This document shows positions 26,971 to 41,199 of a DNA stretch of 64,000 nucleotides, piece after piece; the stretch's first letter is position 1; every line of letters begins with the position of its first letter. Below the pieces are notes generated by a model. That model made no database searches. It worked only from the letters and a program-made list of their open reading frames with translations, and was not told the DNA's origin. The translations under genes and the position numbers were made by a program. Source of the stretch: Octopus vulgaris (lineage: Eukaryota); the NCBI GenBank assembly GCA_951406725.2, contig OX597836.1:37572001-37636000 (forward strand), in the 5' to 3' direction.

Positions 26971-28231
26971 GGAATCATCGTTATCACTTCACTCCATAAA
27001 AGAATACCTAACTTTTGCAGCTCCTATGACATTCATTTTGACCTCAGAGATTAATATAGTGGTTAAACAGATATCTGTTCTGAAAGGAAAAAAGGAAACA
27101 ACTCTGTCTGCAAAATGCATCCATAGCTAAGGCGGCATTAACCCAGCCAACGGTTTAGGTCTCCCACTTAAAATACAACTCGGTATTACATGAAACTTGT
27201 AAAGAGTGAGAAGACCTAATTCCTTTTGACAATTCTGTCGAGTTGACAAAGCTGTCGACTTTAACCATCGACTACCAGCACAGAACTTTTAAGAACAAAT
27301 ACGTTAGCAAAATATTACCTTCATTACAATATTTTATTTCATTAATAAAATTCTACCAGTTTAGTGTTTCTAATGAAATATGACATCTTACTTAACCAGG
27401 TGACCTGGTTTCCTAAACGAATTAATATTGGTAAACTATATTCCGTGGGCGAATAACTATTTAAGTTTAGTTCTCAAGATATTCTGGTTATGAATTCTTT
27501 GGTCGTCAATCTCGTTCAAAGACTTCACTAGTTTTCTTCTGGAAAGGTTAGTAACATTCCTGCATATTGCTGGAATCCTCCATTCTTTATGTGTTTTACG
27601 TTCTCAGAAATACCATACACAGCGGTTATGATCCAAAACGAAATGTCAGCTAAAAATTGTACTAAAAGAATGTAAGAACTGCCGTTGGGCATTTATTTGA
27701 GTTCCAACCACCAACACAACTGCTATTCACAATAAAAAGAGCAGGAAATAAAATAAAATAGGACTGAAACAAAAAAAAAACACAGCACAGCTTTGTTGCT
27801 GTTTAGCTATTCCGAAAAGCCCATCTTATACTTATGAATATACAAAACTACATGTTTTTTAAAAATACCTGATATAATTCCTACTTCTTGCTGGATGAGG
27901 GCCCACTAGATTTTCTTTCGATGGAATGTACAACATGAAGTTACTCTTGTTGCTACTTAGCAGCTGACCAACGTGAATCGAGTAAACCTATGATCAAAGG
28001 TATCCTAACCGTAGCCACAATATGTGCGTGTAAAGCTACCTTATCCCATCTATCCTTTTCCTATCGATATTGGCTGGTCATTGAGTTTTAGTGATGATGC
28101 ATATGACAAAACGCATAAAAAATATTTAATTATAGTCTAAACGTCTCAAGGTAGCCCAGCTGATCATTTGTTCATGTTTTAATGTTTCTCTCAACATCTC
28201 AATGTGTTCCATTCTAATAAAGTCTTATTTT

Positions 28232-28340
<109 letters not shown>

Positions 28341-28344
28341 TGAA

Positions 28345-28682
28345 TAGACGACTGTTGTTATGTCCTGTTATTGTTATTATTGTTGTTTTTTGTATTTATA
28401 TTCGTATTATTTTTTTTTTGTTTTTTGTATTCGTGTAACATCGTCCGTTTTTCTGTCCTTGTTTCGTATACATTCGATCCTTTTTCCAAGAAATCTAATG
28501 CTCGTAGCTTAGTTTTTTCCTTGGGGCTGGCCAGATCGGAACAATCTCAAGATTAATCAGCCGAAATTGCAAGGATGATCCGGTTCTTGACTGAAGATTA
28601 GAAGCTTCGAATTACCCATCCGTATTTTTTGTATCGTCTATCTGAATGTTTTGCGTTCTTGTCCCATTTTGTATTTATATAT
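28345..28682. mobile_element. (TA)n-flanked interspersed repeat; its end matches 1035-1095 in reverse
   Basis: TTTTTGTATCGTCTATCTGAATGTTTTGCGTTCTTGTCCCATTTTGTATTTATA versus the reverse complement at ~1035-1092. Confidence 0.7.
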
Positions 28683-28859
28683 ATATACATATATATACAC
28701 ACATACATATATGCATATGGTGGGAGTTGCAAGGTACATCCGTGAAGATGTCACACCATTAACCTCGATATCTTGCTATTATAATGAAGAGTTCAGAAAT
28801 ATGGATTCAACGATAAGATTAGAAACAAAAAAGCGCTGGGAGCACATAACGTAAAACCA

Positions 28860-29200
28860 AGAATAAAACGTAATAATTTATAGTAATACTCAGTATTTAA
28901 TCTAGGTGTGAAAAGTAATATGACTGAAAAGAATACGGTTGGTATATCAAAGGTTAGAATGATACAAGGCTGAATGAAACAGACGTGCGAACAGATGACC
29001 TAATCAGCATAATTCGAGAAAATTGCCCATTGGACAATAACTGCTTGAGAAAGTCGATGGTATATAGCACTAAACAAACAACAGAGAAAGCATTTATTAG
29101 AACCACTGAACTAACATTCAATAAACGATTTTGTTGGTGCAAACATTCATTTATATGTCAACCTCGATTAAAATGTACCACAGCTTTTTATTTTTAATTT
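28860..29200 (+). pseudogene. Penelope-like GIY-YIG endonuclease relic
   Basis: NCPLDNNCLRKSMVY...AFIRTTELTFNKRF..KHSF (cf. CPLxGxCL..VVY..YIG.TE..FK.R...H..SF). Confidence 0.7.
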
Positions 29201-29496
29201 ATACACAAGCAATAGGGAAAAGATTGGGTTTTATATTCTGAACAATAATTATTTAGGTCTAAACAAACACGGGTACACGGCGCACAATAACACCAGTATA
29301 GGAGGCATACAACGTAAATATATCTATGCAATGTCACTACGTTGTCTCTCGGCCTTTGTCTTTCATCTTTCTTGGGTCAGTGTAAATTAACTACCAATCT
29401 AATACGACTGGATACAGTGACATCGACTAACACAAGACCCTCAAAACTGATACCCTTTTGCCGAAATTAGAATGAAATATTTTGCCTATTCATACA

Positions 29497-29574
<78 letters not shown>

Positions 29575-29720
29575 GAGAGAGAGAGGTTATATTTATGCAA
29601 AATGATCAACTTATACAAATATCAATTGGTGAAATAAAATATATTCATTTTATAACTCTTGTCTTTATATTATATTATATACATACATGCATACATACAT
29701 ACATACACACATACATACGT

Positions 29721-29769
<49 letters not shown>

Positions 29770-30131
29770 ACATTATAATGGTTATTGACAATTTTGTCTT
29801 TTTTTCGGCATATTAGGCATTAGAATTTTTCTACTGCCCTTATTTTGTAAATTATTTATAAATTTAACCTTTAAAAGTATTTTTTGATATGCTGGCCATT
29901 GATAAAAAATTTTTCTCGAAAGAAATTTTATCCTACATTAGTCATAAATTAAATAGTGTTCACTTCCGGATTCTCTCACTCTGTGGAAGTTTCTAGTTCG
30001 AATCACACGTGTCTCGAGAGGTGCCAAAGATTTTCTATTTTGGATATATTTGGGGTACTTAGGTCTGCTCAGGACTTAGTGCTTGCTTTTTCCATGGGTA
30101 TGAGTAAGTATTTCACTTATATCCCACGTAT

Positions 30132-30192
30132 TTATCGCTGAAGAGGGGAAAATTCTTATGAATTAACCCCGAAATTGGGACCAATACGGTAA
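30132..30192 (+). ncRNA. Type I hammerhead ribozyme (copy 1)
   Basis: UUAUCG-CUGAAGA-GGGG(AAAAUUCUUAUGAAUUAA)CCCC-GAAA-UUGG(GA)CCAA-UA^CGGUAA; all core residues canonical, G10.1-C11.1 present, cleavage predicted after 30186. Confidence 0.85.
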
Positions 30193-30410
30193 TAACGGAT
30201 TTTTTAGAAATTTCTATCGGTTTGTTTCGAGACGCATAAATTATAATGGTTATTGACAATTTTGTCTTTTTTTTCGGCATATTAGGCATTAGAATTTTTC
30301 TACTGCTCTTATTTTGTAAATTATTTATAAATTTAAACTTTAAAGGTATTTTTTGATATGCTGGCCATTGATAAAAAATTTTTCTCGAAAAAAATTTTAT
30401 CCTACATTAG

Positions 30411-30510
<100 letters not shown>

Positions 30511-30560
30511 AACTACTTGGTGAAATTTATTAATTATATAATATATTTTTTGCCCTATAT

Positions 30561-30608
<48 letters not shown>

Positions 30609-30917
30609 TTTCTATTGCCCTTATTTATAATATATATTATATAAATTTGACCTTTAAAGGTATGTTTTGATATTGCTGGCCATTGATAAAATGTTTTTCT
30701 CGAAAAAAATTTTATCGTACATTAGTCATAAATTAAATAGTGTTCACTTCCGGATTCTCTCACTCTGTGAAAAAGTTTCTAGTTCGAATCACACGTGTCT
30801 CGAGATGTGCCGAAGATTTTCTATTTTGGATATATTTGGGGTACTTAGGTCTGCTCAGGACTTAGTGCTTGCTTTTTCCATGGGTATGAGTAAGTATTTC
30901 ATTTATATCTTACGTAT

Positions 30918-30978
30918 TTATCGCTGAAGAGGGGAAAATTCTTATGAATTAACCCCGAAATTGGGACCAATACGGTAA
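30918..30978 (+). ncRNA. Type I hammerhead ribozyme (copy 2)
   Basis: Identical to 30132-30192; cleavage predicted after 30972. Confidence 0.85.
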
Positions 30979-31106
30979 TAACGGATTTCTTAGAAATTTC
31001 TATCGGTTTGTTTCGAGACGCATAAATTATAATGGTTATTGACAATTCTATCTTTTTTTTCGGCATATTTGGCATTAGAATTTTTCTACTGCTCTTATTT
31101 TGTAAA

Positions 31107-31150
<44 letters not shown>

Positions 31151-31540
31151 CTTCTGCGTAAGTTAAGAGATGATGACGAGTAAAAATATTTTGTAGATAT
31201 AATTTATAAGTTTTCCTGTATATATTGAATATAGAAAATAGTTTGATATTGGGGCATATAAAGCCACGATGGAAAGCAAATGGATGTCAGTACACTTGGG
31301 AATTGAACGGAATACGTGAATATGCCAGTGAAAACTTACATGTGAATACAGAAGTGAAAACTTACTTTCACTCTTCACCGTTTCTTAAATTACACAGAAT
31401 ACGCTCATGTTTACACACTTACTGCTATGAAATCATAGTTCCTAAATTAAACGGTATAAAACCGTTGAGTGTTGCTCTAACCAGTAGTAAATTTATTGCA
31501 AAAATAAAAGGTGTAGGTTCGATGCTCATGCGTACCAATA

Positions 31541-31629
<89 letters not shown>

Positions 31630-31639
31630 TATATATACA

Positions 31640-31681
<42 letters not shown>

Positions 31682-31704
31682 GTGTGTGTGTGTGTTTGCT
31701 TGTT

Positions 31705-31856
31705 GGCGCAGGAGTGGCTGTGTGGTAAGAACCATATAGTTCCGGGTTCAGTCCCACTGCGTGGCACCTTGGGCAGATGTCTTCTACTATAGCCTCGGGC
31801 CGACCAAAAGCCTTGTGAGTGGATTTGTTAGACGGACACTGGAAGAAGCCTGTGGT

Positions 31857-31860
<4 letters not shown>
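31705..31860 (+). mobile_element. SINE family A, 5' half
   Basis: GGCGCAGGAGTGGCTGTGTGGTAAG...GGGTTCAGTCCCACTGCGTGGCACCTTGGGCA. Confidence 0.85.
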
Positions 31861-31891
<31 letters not shown>

Positions 31892-32059
31892 ATCCAAGGA
31901 AAACACACACACACACACACATATATATATATTCAATCCAAAGAAAAAACGATTTCTTTCAAAGGGATGGAAAGCATTCAATATTCACTGGTTATTCAGT
32001 TAAATACCATTATATAGTAAAGAATAAAATCAGAACATAAAATGGTATGATTTCAATAT

Positions 32060-32556
32060 ATAAATATTAAAGGAAATAGAGAATACAATTGACATATAAA
32101 TTTATTACCATTATATTATAATTTAATTATACTGTAAAGAGATAAAGTATAATATGACTAGCTGAGGTACTCGGTAATACCCGGGAACGGGGATATTCCC
32201 AGTACACTTTACAATGCCTAATTTCTCTCAGAAGAAAAATGAAATCAATGAGTTGGATAGTTTCGGAGGAGTTAAACTAAAAAAATTCACAAACACACAC
32301 AGCCACAAGCAGACAGAAATTGCCATTTGTGTATATAAATATAACAAATAAATAAAACATATATACATCCTACAATTTGTTTCGATTCATATCCACTAGG
32401 GAATTTCTGAAAGATTCACTAGTGGATATGAATTGAAATAAATTGTAGGATATATATTTGTTTTATTTATTGGTTATATTATATCATTATGTTATATCTC
32501 TTTATAGTAAAATTATATTATTTTAAATGTATAATATGTCAATTGTATTTGTTTCC

Positions 32557-32565
<9 letters not shown>
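32060..32565. repeat. Long AT-rich fold-back centred at ~32400-32418; left arm interrupted by a Helitron-like insertion
   Basis: ATCCTACAATTTGTTTCGATTCATATCCACTAG / CTAGTGGATATGAATTGAAATAAATTGTAGGAT; outer ATTAAAGGAAA..AATACAATTGACATAT / ATATGTCAATTGTATTTGTTTCCTTTAAT. Confidence 0.85.
32158..32339 (-). mobile_element. Non-autonomous Helitron-like (Lep1-type) element
   Basis: Inserted between A and T; minus-strand 3' end CTAG with a subterminal GC hairpin; CAGA/CACA tract and TATATA near the 5' end. Confidence 0.65.
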
Positions 32566-32595
<30 letters not shown>

Positions 32596-32774
32596 TAGGT
32601 TTAAAAAATATGTATACGTACTTTAAGTATTAGAAGAAATGAGGTACTCAGAAATTCAGATGGTTTTATATTTTTATTTATTTTGTATTTCATTAAATGT
32701 TTTTATACATTCTGCATTTTTATCAATTATTCCTTGCTTATCATTTCTCCACGTGCGGTCAACACAAGACCATT

Positions 32775-32830
<56 letters not shown>

Positions 32831-34926
32831 GAAGAAAAAAGCAACAACGCGAGAACGTGGTACACGCAAAGTATTAAAAGTCGCTCATGGATGGAAAGAA
32901 TGTGTCTATGTATGTTTGCATGAATGCCTGCACGCATGCAACATGCCTGCATGTAAGTATCTATGTATCTGCGTATGCATGCATGTGTATCGTCGAAGAG
33001 CCAGGAGCTGTAATTTTCGTTCGAGGAACAAAAAAAACTGCATAGACATATTGTGTTATTAAAATATACTTTGCTGAATGCGAAAGCGACAGATGCTCAT
33101 TTAGCCATTTTTGCTTTAAAGTACATTGTGTTTTTAAACAAGTTACGTCAATAAAGGGATTTTTTTTCCCGGACGAATATTGTAGTTTCTAACCTTTGAA
33201 CGATATACATGCATTAAGTATGTCATATAGATAAATATTTCAATCTAGAGCTGCTTCTATTACATAGTTCGAATTTTATACAAACATACATACATACATG
33301 CTTACATAGATATGTACATAGATATATATATATATATAATACATGTGCGAGTTAAAATGCAAACACATACCCGTATATATATATATATACCAATTTCCAT
33401 AATACACATATACATATATTTATATCTATGTTTGTTTACATATACATATATATATATATTTATATCTATGTTTGTATATATATATAAATATATATATATA
33501 TGTATGTATGAATGTATGTCTCCTTTTCTACGTATAGCCCCCTATCTCTTGTTTCTCTTTCACACAATTGGAGAAAGTATCGGTTTATAAATACAGAACA
33601 ACAATTATGTATGCCTCTATATACTCACACTAACGCACACACATACTTTTCATGCACACATAAACCTGCGTACACACATACCTACACGCACATACATATG
33701 CCTGTATGTGTGTGTGTATGTATATCTATATATATACATATGTGTGTGTAGCTATCTATATAGATATGTATATAGATATAGATATACATAGATACACACA
33801 CACACACATATATATATATATGCACACTCACATGTATATCTATATACGTATATATGTATCTCTCTATATGAAACTATAGAACATATTTATCTTTCTCTCG
33901 AGTGATTTATTTTCCCATGTGAAGAAAATAGCTCAAAAAGAAGTGAATTTACTATCTTTTTACACGGGCATCAATCAAGGCACTCTCTATTTTCATTCAC
34001 TGCAGATGGCGTGTGAATCAGAACATAGGAATAATAACAACACTAACAAAAACAAAAGTAACAACAAGCATAAACGGAAAACAACAACAACAAAAACAAC
34101 AACCAAAACGACGACAACCTCAACAACAGCAGTTTTAGAGTTTTGACCCTGCCGACTTCATATTTTCCAAGAAATTATACTTCCATCGCAAATGCAATTA
34201 AATTTCTAACAAGAAACGTTTTAAGTTCCACGATAAAACAACACTGTCGCTTTTAATTGGATCGGATAAAAGAGAGTCAGCTCGAAACTTATGTCACATG
34301 AAAATAAAGAAATATCTCATTCATTTCCCACTGCATTTTATTTTTAATTAATTGATAAAATTATCGGCATCCTATGTCAGACCAAAAAGCAGTTAAGAGT
34401 CGCCCGAAGTCAAAGAAAAGTTTCCTTCAATACGACACTTCCCTCGAAGTTGGCATCACAAACAAGTGACATAAGAATAACTTTGTGGGAGGAGGGAGAA
34501 ATAACAACATGCCAAATGTTGAGGACAATGGAATAACTGGTGACTAAAGAACAACTCGGGTCTTGTGTTGCTGCAAGATAGGAAAACTGAATATGAATTG
34601 AATCGGCTGAGAGTTAGAGAAGGGGACTCTCAATGCAGATGAGAATGCTGCTCGTCCAACGTTACCGTGGTACACAACAAACTATAAAACATTTGATGAG
34701 ATTTACTCGAATACAAGATCCAAGCTCATCTGGTAGCGTTGAAAGAAAAAAAATATAACTGAATATGAAGTAAACTTGATATTAATGAGAACATTTAGAA
34801 TATTGTTGTTGTATTTAGGAATGGTCATTTTGCCAGTTTAGCCAATGAAAAAACACACGCACTATATATTTGGTGTTACTTTGCTTCAGCGTTATTTATT
34901 TTTTACCTTACTCTTAATATTATTTC

Positions 34927-34971
34927 GGCCAGAGTTCTTTCGTCACACTTCTGTGACTTCATCAGTGGTCC
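34927..34971 (-). ncRNA. Minimal type I hammerhead ribozyme
   Basis: Minus: GGACCA-CUGAUGA-A-GUCACA(GAAG)UGUGAC-GAAA-G(AA)C-UC^UGGCC. Confidence 0.7.
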
Positions 34972-35184
34972 TTTGCTTTCTTCTTTCTTATTTGTGTGTC
35001 TCTCCTTACTAACGGTCAGCCATTTTGTATTATCTTTGAAACATTAAGAAAGCTTCAGATTGTTTACTATCATATAACTATACAAAAAATTTACAATTAT
35101 TATTGCTGTTGTTTTTTCATCTACAGATGATCCCTAGTCAAGAAAATCCATGGTTAAACGTATCTCTCTGGCTTTGGAAATACC

Positions 35185-35406
35185 TTTTACCTTGTACTTG
35201 TTTCAGTCAATAGACTGCGGCCATGCTGGAGCATCACCTTGAAGAATTTTTAGTCGAAAGATTCGACCCCAGTACTTGATTTTAGCCTGGTAGTTATACG
35301 GTCGTTCTATTTTGCCAAACCGCTATGTCATGAAGTTACGGGGACGTAAGAAAACAACACCGATTGTCAAGCGATGATGAGAAATAAACAAAGACCCCCC
35401 CCCCGC

Positions 35407-35495
<89 letters not shown>

Positions 35496-35636
35496 TGTGT
35501 GTGTGTGTGTATATATAAATAGATGAGTGTATTTTTACCTTGTTAACAATTAACAAGGAAAAATAAATAAATAGTTACCAGGGCAGCACAACATAAAAAA
35601 TATTTGATTACACCTGCGTTAACTCCATTTTTTTTA

Positions 35637-35675
<39 letters not shown>

Positions 35676-35835
35676 GACTACCTTTTTCAGTTTCAGTCTA
35701 CCGAATCCACTCACAAGGGCTTTGGTTTGCTTGAGGCTATATAGTAGAAAACACTTGACCACAGTGCCACGCAGTGGGAAAGAACCCAGTATCGTAGTTT
35801 AAGAAGCACGCTTCTTACCGCACAGCCAAACCTGT
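35185..35835 (-). mobile_element. Diverged SINE family A with internal microsatellite expansion/insertion
   Basis: TACTTGTTTCAGTCAATAGACTGCGGCCATGCTGGAGCA ... TCCACTCACAAGG...CACGCAGTGGGA. Confidence 0.75.
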
Positions 35836-36333
35836 ACATTTTCCATTTTGTTACCGACTCATTCTGTTTATACTTCGACGACAATATAGTGTAATTGGAA
35901 AAGGATTTGGTTAATATTTCTAGCTAGTCGATGAACCACAAAGAAGCAGTTTCATTGCCTAGTAACTTATCTCTGAGTGGTTACTGCAAGTGATTAATAT
36001 CTCCTATTTCCAACGTGTTGGTCTCATTGTTTATTTTAATAACTTCATTTCAAAAATTTTTAATATTTGTATTTTCATTTTATCTTCTGTATTGGTTTTA
36101 CTCAACAAGATGGCATGCATTGCCCCGTGGTTCGGGAGTTTTCTTCGAAGCACGAAGTCGCGATCTCGGTATCACTGCGTACAAATCTCTGGTGTTAATC
36201 GATAACTTGTTACTGGAGTTTGTAAAACTAAAACATCCCAGAATCCCATCGTGAATATGTGTGCTCATACATATATATACATGCACATTTATATGTATGT
36301 ATATATATACATATGTATGTATATATATATATG

Positions 36334-36404
<71 letters not shown>

Positions 36405-37050
36405 AAAAAAACGGGTACATCCTTTTCAATTCCACATTTCTGCTAAAACGGACAGGTTAGTAACAACCTCACCACTACATTAATGTAAATCTTTTTGAAC
36501 TCATAATATTCTGTACTGAACTTTTTTTAATAATTCCTCCTGGAAATTACCCTGAGATGTATAATATATTTGTTTTAATCTTTTCTGCCCATTTTTTCAA
36601 TGAGCTTGTTAAACTTTTTTATATTCTCAACATACTGTTGTCACCAAAGACTGTATATTTATATGGATTATAGTACTCTGTGTCAACCAATATTCTGTGC
36701 ATGTTTGAATATACAGATACAGTACCAATATCAATTCCTTCTGGAAACTATCTTAAGTATGTCCTTGAGAACGATTATTTATGTAATCTTTTTTACCCAA
36801 TATTTTAAGGAACTTGTTGAACTTTTTTATGTCCTTAACATGTCCCTGTTACCAAAGACTGTATATAAATATGTAATGTAGCAATTTGCAACAACCAATA
36901 ATTAACGCAACCAAACTTCCACATGTTACTTTTGACAATCTTTTTCCAAAGAGTGAAACCGGTAAAGTAAATAAACATCTTTTAAATCGCATTTTCAAGC
37001 CTTCTTTCGTACATAATTCCACTCGTGCGGTACCCCACAGCTCAACTTTG

Positions 37051-37162
<112 letters not shown>

Positions 37163-37421
37163 CAACAAGATATTATTTTTCTCACGTTAAATGGAAACAA
37201 ATGTGTTTAAAAGATTGCAAAAAGGAAGTGCTCAAATGAAACTGAGACAGAGATTAAAAAAAAGAAAAAGAAAAACATTGATTAGAGAACAAAGATCAAA
37301 TTCGAGGCAACGACTTTATATAACACCATGCATTTGATCATATATAAATATTTTCAGGAGCGGTTGACTCCAACCTACCTTGGTTGAACTTTTTTGACAT
37401 AGAATCGGGTTTTGAAAGAAT

Positions 37422-37763
37422 ACAGGGGCTTCTGAAAATTCTTTCAAAACCCGATTCTCTTCGCATAAAAATTCCTTTAAATACCCCGAAAATAGGACGA
37501 AGACCAGCCTGGCGAAATATATCAGGGAATTAAAAGAAAAAGAAGCCCGACCTTTCAACGTGACATGGAGTATTTTGGATAGAGCTGCACCATACAGGCA
37601 AGGTAAACATAAAAGCCCCCTCAAGTGCGATTTATGCCTGCTGGAGAAATATTTCATTTTATTCCAGGACAATAATTCTTTAAATCAAAGAAGCGAACTC
37701 TTGAATTCTTGCAGACACGCAGCTAAATTTAAAATGTCGGCTAGCAATATACCATATGGATAG
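37422..37763 (+). pseudogene. 5'-truncated Penelope-like GIY-YIG endonuclease C-terminal ORF (open frame)
   Basis: TGASENSFKTRFSSHKNSF...TSLAKYIRELK...WSILDRA...CDLCLLEK...LNQRSELLNSCRH; 21-bp inverted repeat at the 5' junction. Confidence 0.85.
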
Positions 37764-38476
37764 CGTTTATTTTTGCTTCTTGGACTAGTTTTTAATCACA
37801 CTGTTGGATTTGTTCCTTATTACGCATGATTTATTCCGCATCGCAAAATTATTATATATATTTCGGCATATTTCTCAAGGAAAACCTTCGACTGTTATAT
37901 ACAAATAATATTTTCTTGTTTAGGATTCTGCTTTTATTTCATTTTATTGTATTTTATAAAACCATTTTAATTGATCAATTTATAGACAATTCGATATAGG
38001 ATTTTGCATGTGTTTTATCCGAATTTTATTATTATACACTCAGCAATTTTTAAATAATGTTGTTTGTATAAGCGTCAGGACCTAGACATGTTTTTATGTG
38101 GATATTTGTATTGTTGGCATGCATGTATATTGGTATGTATGCGCCTATGTATATGTGTAAGTAAGCATGTATGTTTATATTGATGGATATGTATGCATGT
38201 ATTCACTTGAATTTGTGTGGATGTGTATTTACGTACTTATCTCTATATATTTATATATGTGTTCTTATATATGTATTTACTGCTAATATACACTTTTATA
38301 TACACATGTATACGTAATTTTATTTTGTGTACGTTCGTTACGCATATTCAGACTTCTTTCTTCCTTTCTTTTGTTGCGGAAAAATATTTTCTTGTGACAT
38401 AGCACTACATACACACACACACACATGCACGCACACACTACACACACACACATATATATGTATATGCATAAGTATG

Positions 38477-38513
<37 letters not shown>

Positions 38514-38637
38514 TTATTTATATATATATATATATGTATGTCACTCTATATATATATATGTATATATGTATGTATTGTATATATATATATATATATACAA
38601 TACAAACATATATACATATATATATATATATATAGAC

Positions 38638-38727
<90 letters not shown>

Positions 38728-39239
38728 TGCAAGATATTTTCGTATTTGCGATGCCCGCAGAGTTGCTTCTGAAAAATTTTGAACAGAGTTCAAAATTTTA
38801 TCAAACGTCTTCCAAGGGTTGATGCAATAGCTGTTATCCAATCAACACACCCACTGAAGCTTGAAAGTTAAAATAGTGCAAGTAAGAAGCCATTATTATT
38901 TTAAGGCTGTTTCTAGTTGTTAAATAAAGTAATCTGATATGATCTTTACCAAAGGTTTCGTGGGAAGGAACGATATAAAAGTAAAAATAAAAACGATAAA
39001 AACCAAATGCAACATGAAAATAAAATCATATCACACTGTATTCTATTCTTAATGAAATTTTTATCAATTCAAATCCAAGGGTTGTCTCCCCTTCCTTTCT
39101 AAACCGGAATTAGTCCTTATGATAATCCATTATTTCTCATCAAAACGGATTCAATTTTCTTTGATTAAAATCTCTTGGCTCACTATTGCTTAGTTTGTTA
39201 GTACCATTGTGTTACTTTTTTTTTAGCGCAGAGGGCGTG

Positions 39240-39456
39240 ACGGTTGTGGTGGTGGTAGTAGTAGTATTAGTGGTGGTGAGGGTGGTGGTGGTGGTGGATT
39301 TGGTGGTGGTGGTGGTGGTGGTGGTGGTGGTGGTGGAGGTGGATTTGGTAGAAGTGGAGGTGGTGGTGGTGGTGGTGGTGGTGGTGGTGGTGGTATGAAT
39401 TTGGTGGTGGTGGTATGGATTTGGTGGTGGTGGTGGTGGTGGTGGTAGTAGTAGTG

Positions 39457-39495
<39 letters not shown>
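39240..39495. repeat. (GGT)n/(AGT)n trinucleotide repeat
   Basis: Direct inspection. Confidence 0.95.
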
Positions 39496-39496
<1 letters not shown>

Positions 39497-39990
39497 ATTA
39501 AATCTCTCCATTATTTTTTTTCCAAATCGCCAAAGCAAAGCAAGGCTGTTTTAGATCTGAGATTGTAATGGGTGGGAACTAGTGTAAAAATAAACATTGG
39601 AAAAGACTCAAAACTGTGTTAGCAGATTTTGCAGAAAATATCCGAAAGGAGCGACGACGTCAAAAATGTTTGTGTTGTGATATTCTTTCCTTTTAATTAG
39701 TAATGATCAATAAGTTAAGCATATGTTTTTACAGGCCAGCATTCAAACTGCTCATTACTGCGGAAAGAGCCTACGGTCAACATTACTTTGTATAATAGAG
39801 CCACGAGATGTTTTCTTACAAATAATCTGCGCTTACGAATTGTGTTTGGCAAAATCTGTTTTCATTTTCTTTATCCGCTGGCCTGAAATGATACGTTCAC
39901 ACGAAAAAAACAGAAAGACACACAAATATACATATATACATACATACGTACATACACATACACATATATATGTATGTATATATATATATG

Positions 39991-40022
<32 letters not shown>

Positions 40023-40039
40023 TGTATGTATGTATGTAT

Positions 40040-40077
<38 letters not shown>

Positions 40078-40124
40078 ATATGTATATATATATATGTGTG
40101 AGTGTGTGTGTGTGTACATCTGTC

Positions 40125-40164
<40 letters not shown>

Positions 40165-40173
40165 CAGATGTAT

Positions 40174-40206
<33 letters not shown>

Positions 40207-40252
40207 GACATACATAGACATACACACATACGTATAAATATTTACATACATA

Positions 40253-40299
<47 letters not shown>

Positions 40300-40555
40300 A
40301 CATATCTGAAAAACTATAAGTGATGTATTTATAATAAGGTAGAAACGCTAAATTGGATTATGTTAATGAGCCGGAGGAGAAGAAATTATCTCTGTTTCAG
40401 TGATTTTACTATTTGGTTTCTCACGGTAGTTCTAACTAAAACGCCTCAATGTTTGGAATTTGGTATTCTACCGGAGTGGCAGTTTCCTTTAACTCAAATG
40501 AATCCTCCAATATTTGTCGAATCATAACTATCTGGTAACATAAAGTTGTTGTTGG

Positions 40556-40640
40556 TCTTCTTCTTCTTCTTCTTCTTCTTCTTCTTCTTCTTCTTCTTCT
40601 TCTTCTTCTTCTTCTTCTTCTTCCTTTTCTTCTTCTTCTT

Positions 40641-40692
<52 letters not shown>

Positions 40693-40850
40693 TCCTCCTT
40701 TGTCTTCTTCTTCGTCTTGTTTCTTCTCCTTTTTCTCCTCCTCCTTATTCTTTGGTTCTTCATCTCCTCCTGCTACTTCTCTTCCTTCTTTTTTCTTCCT
40801 CCTCCTCATCCTTCTTCTCCTCCCCCTCTTCTCCTTCTTCTTCTTCTTGT
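40556..40850. repeat. (TTC)n/(ATT)n/(CCT)n trinucleotide block
   Basis: Direct inspection. Confidence 0.95.
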
Positions 40851-41199
40851 TTAGCCCCAGAACTTGCAGCCTTCCAGTCGTCACTATACTGTCGTTCAAT
40901 CACTGGCTATGGAAGAGTAAGTGCCGTCTGGAGCAGCCCTTAAACTTACCGCCCTCAATACCCCGAACTTTGAAACCTTATATAGCAAACTCAGAAGTGC
41001 TGCCCTCACAAAAGCATCGGTCCCTGCGGTTTTTCTTACTTCGCGCATTTGTATGATGTGAAACATATCTGACTCAGTGTAAAATGGCGGCTTACTGAAT
41101 GTAATATTTCCAGAAAGTCAACCATTTATTCTTCAGATCTGCATTTTCATCTGGGAGCTGATGCTGTCTAAATATGTCTCGGAAGTTGCAGAACACAGA

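Noticed and set aside
31225-31530. Further GIY-YIG relic
   Set aside because: Only faint resemblance; too decayed to call.
38767-38810. CTGA + AAAATTTTGAAC/GTTCAAAATTTT hairpin + AAACGTC
   Set aside because: Both conserved core segments are incomplete.
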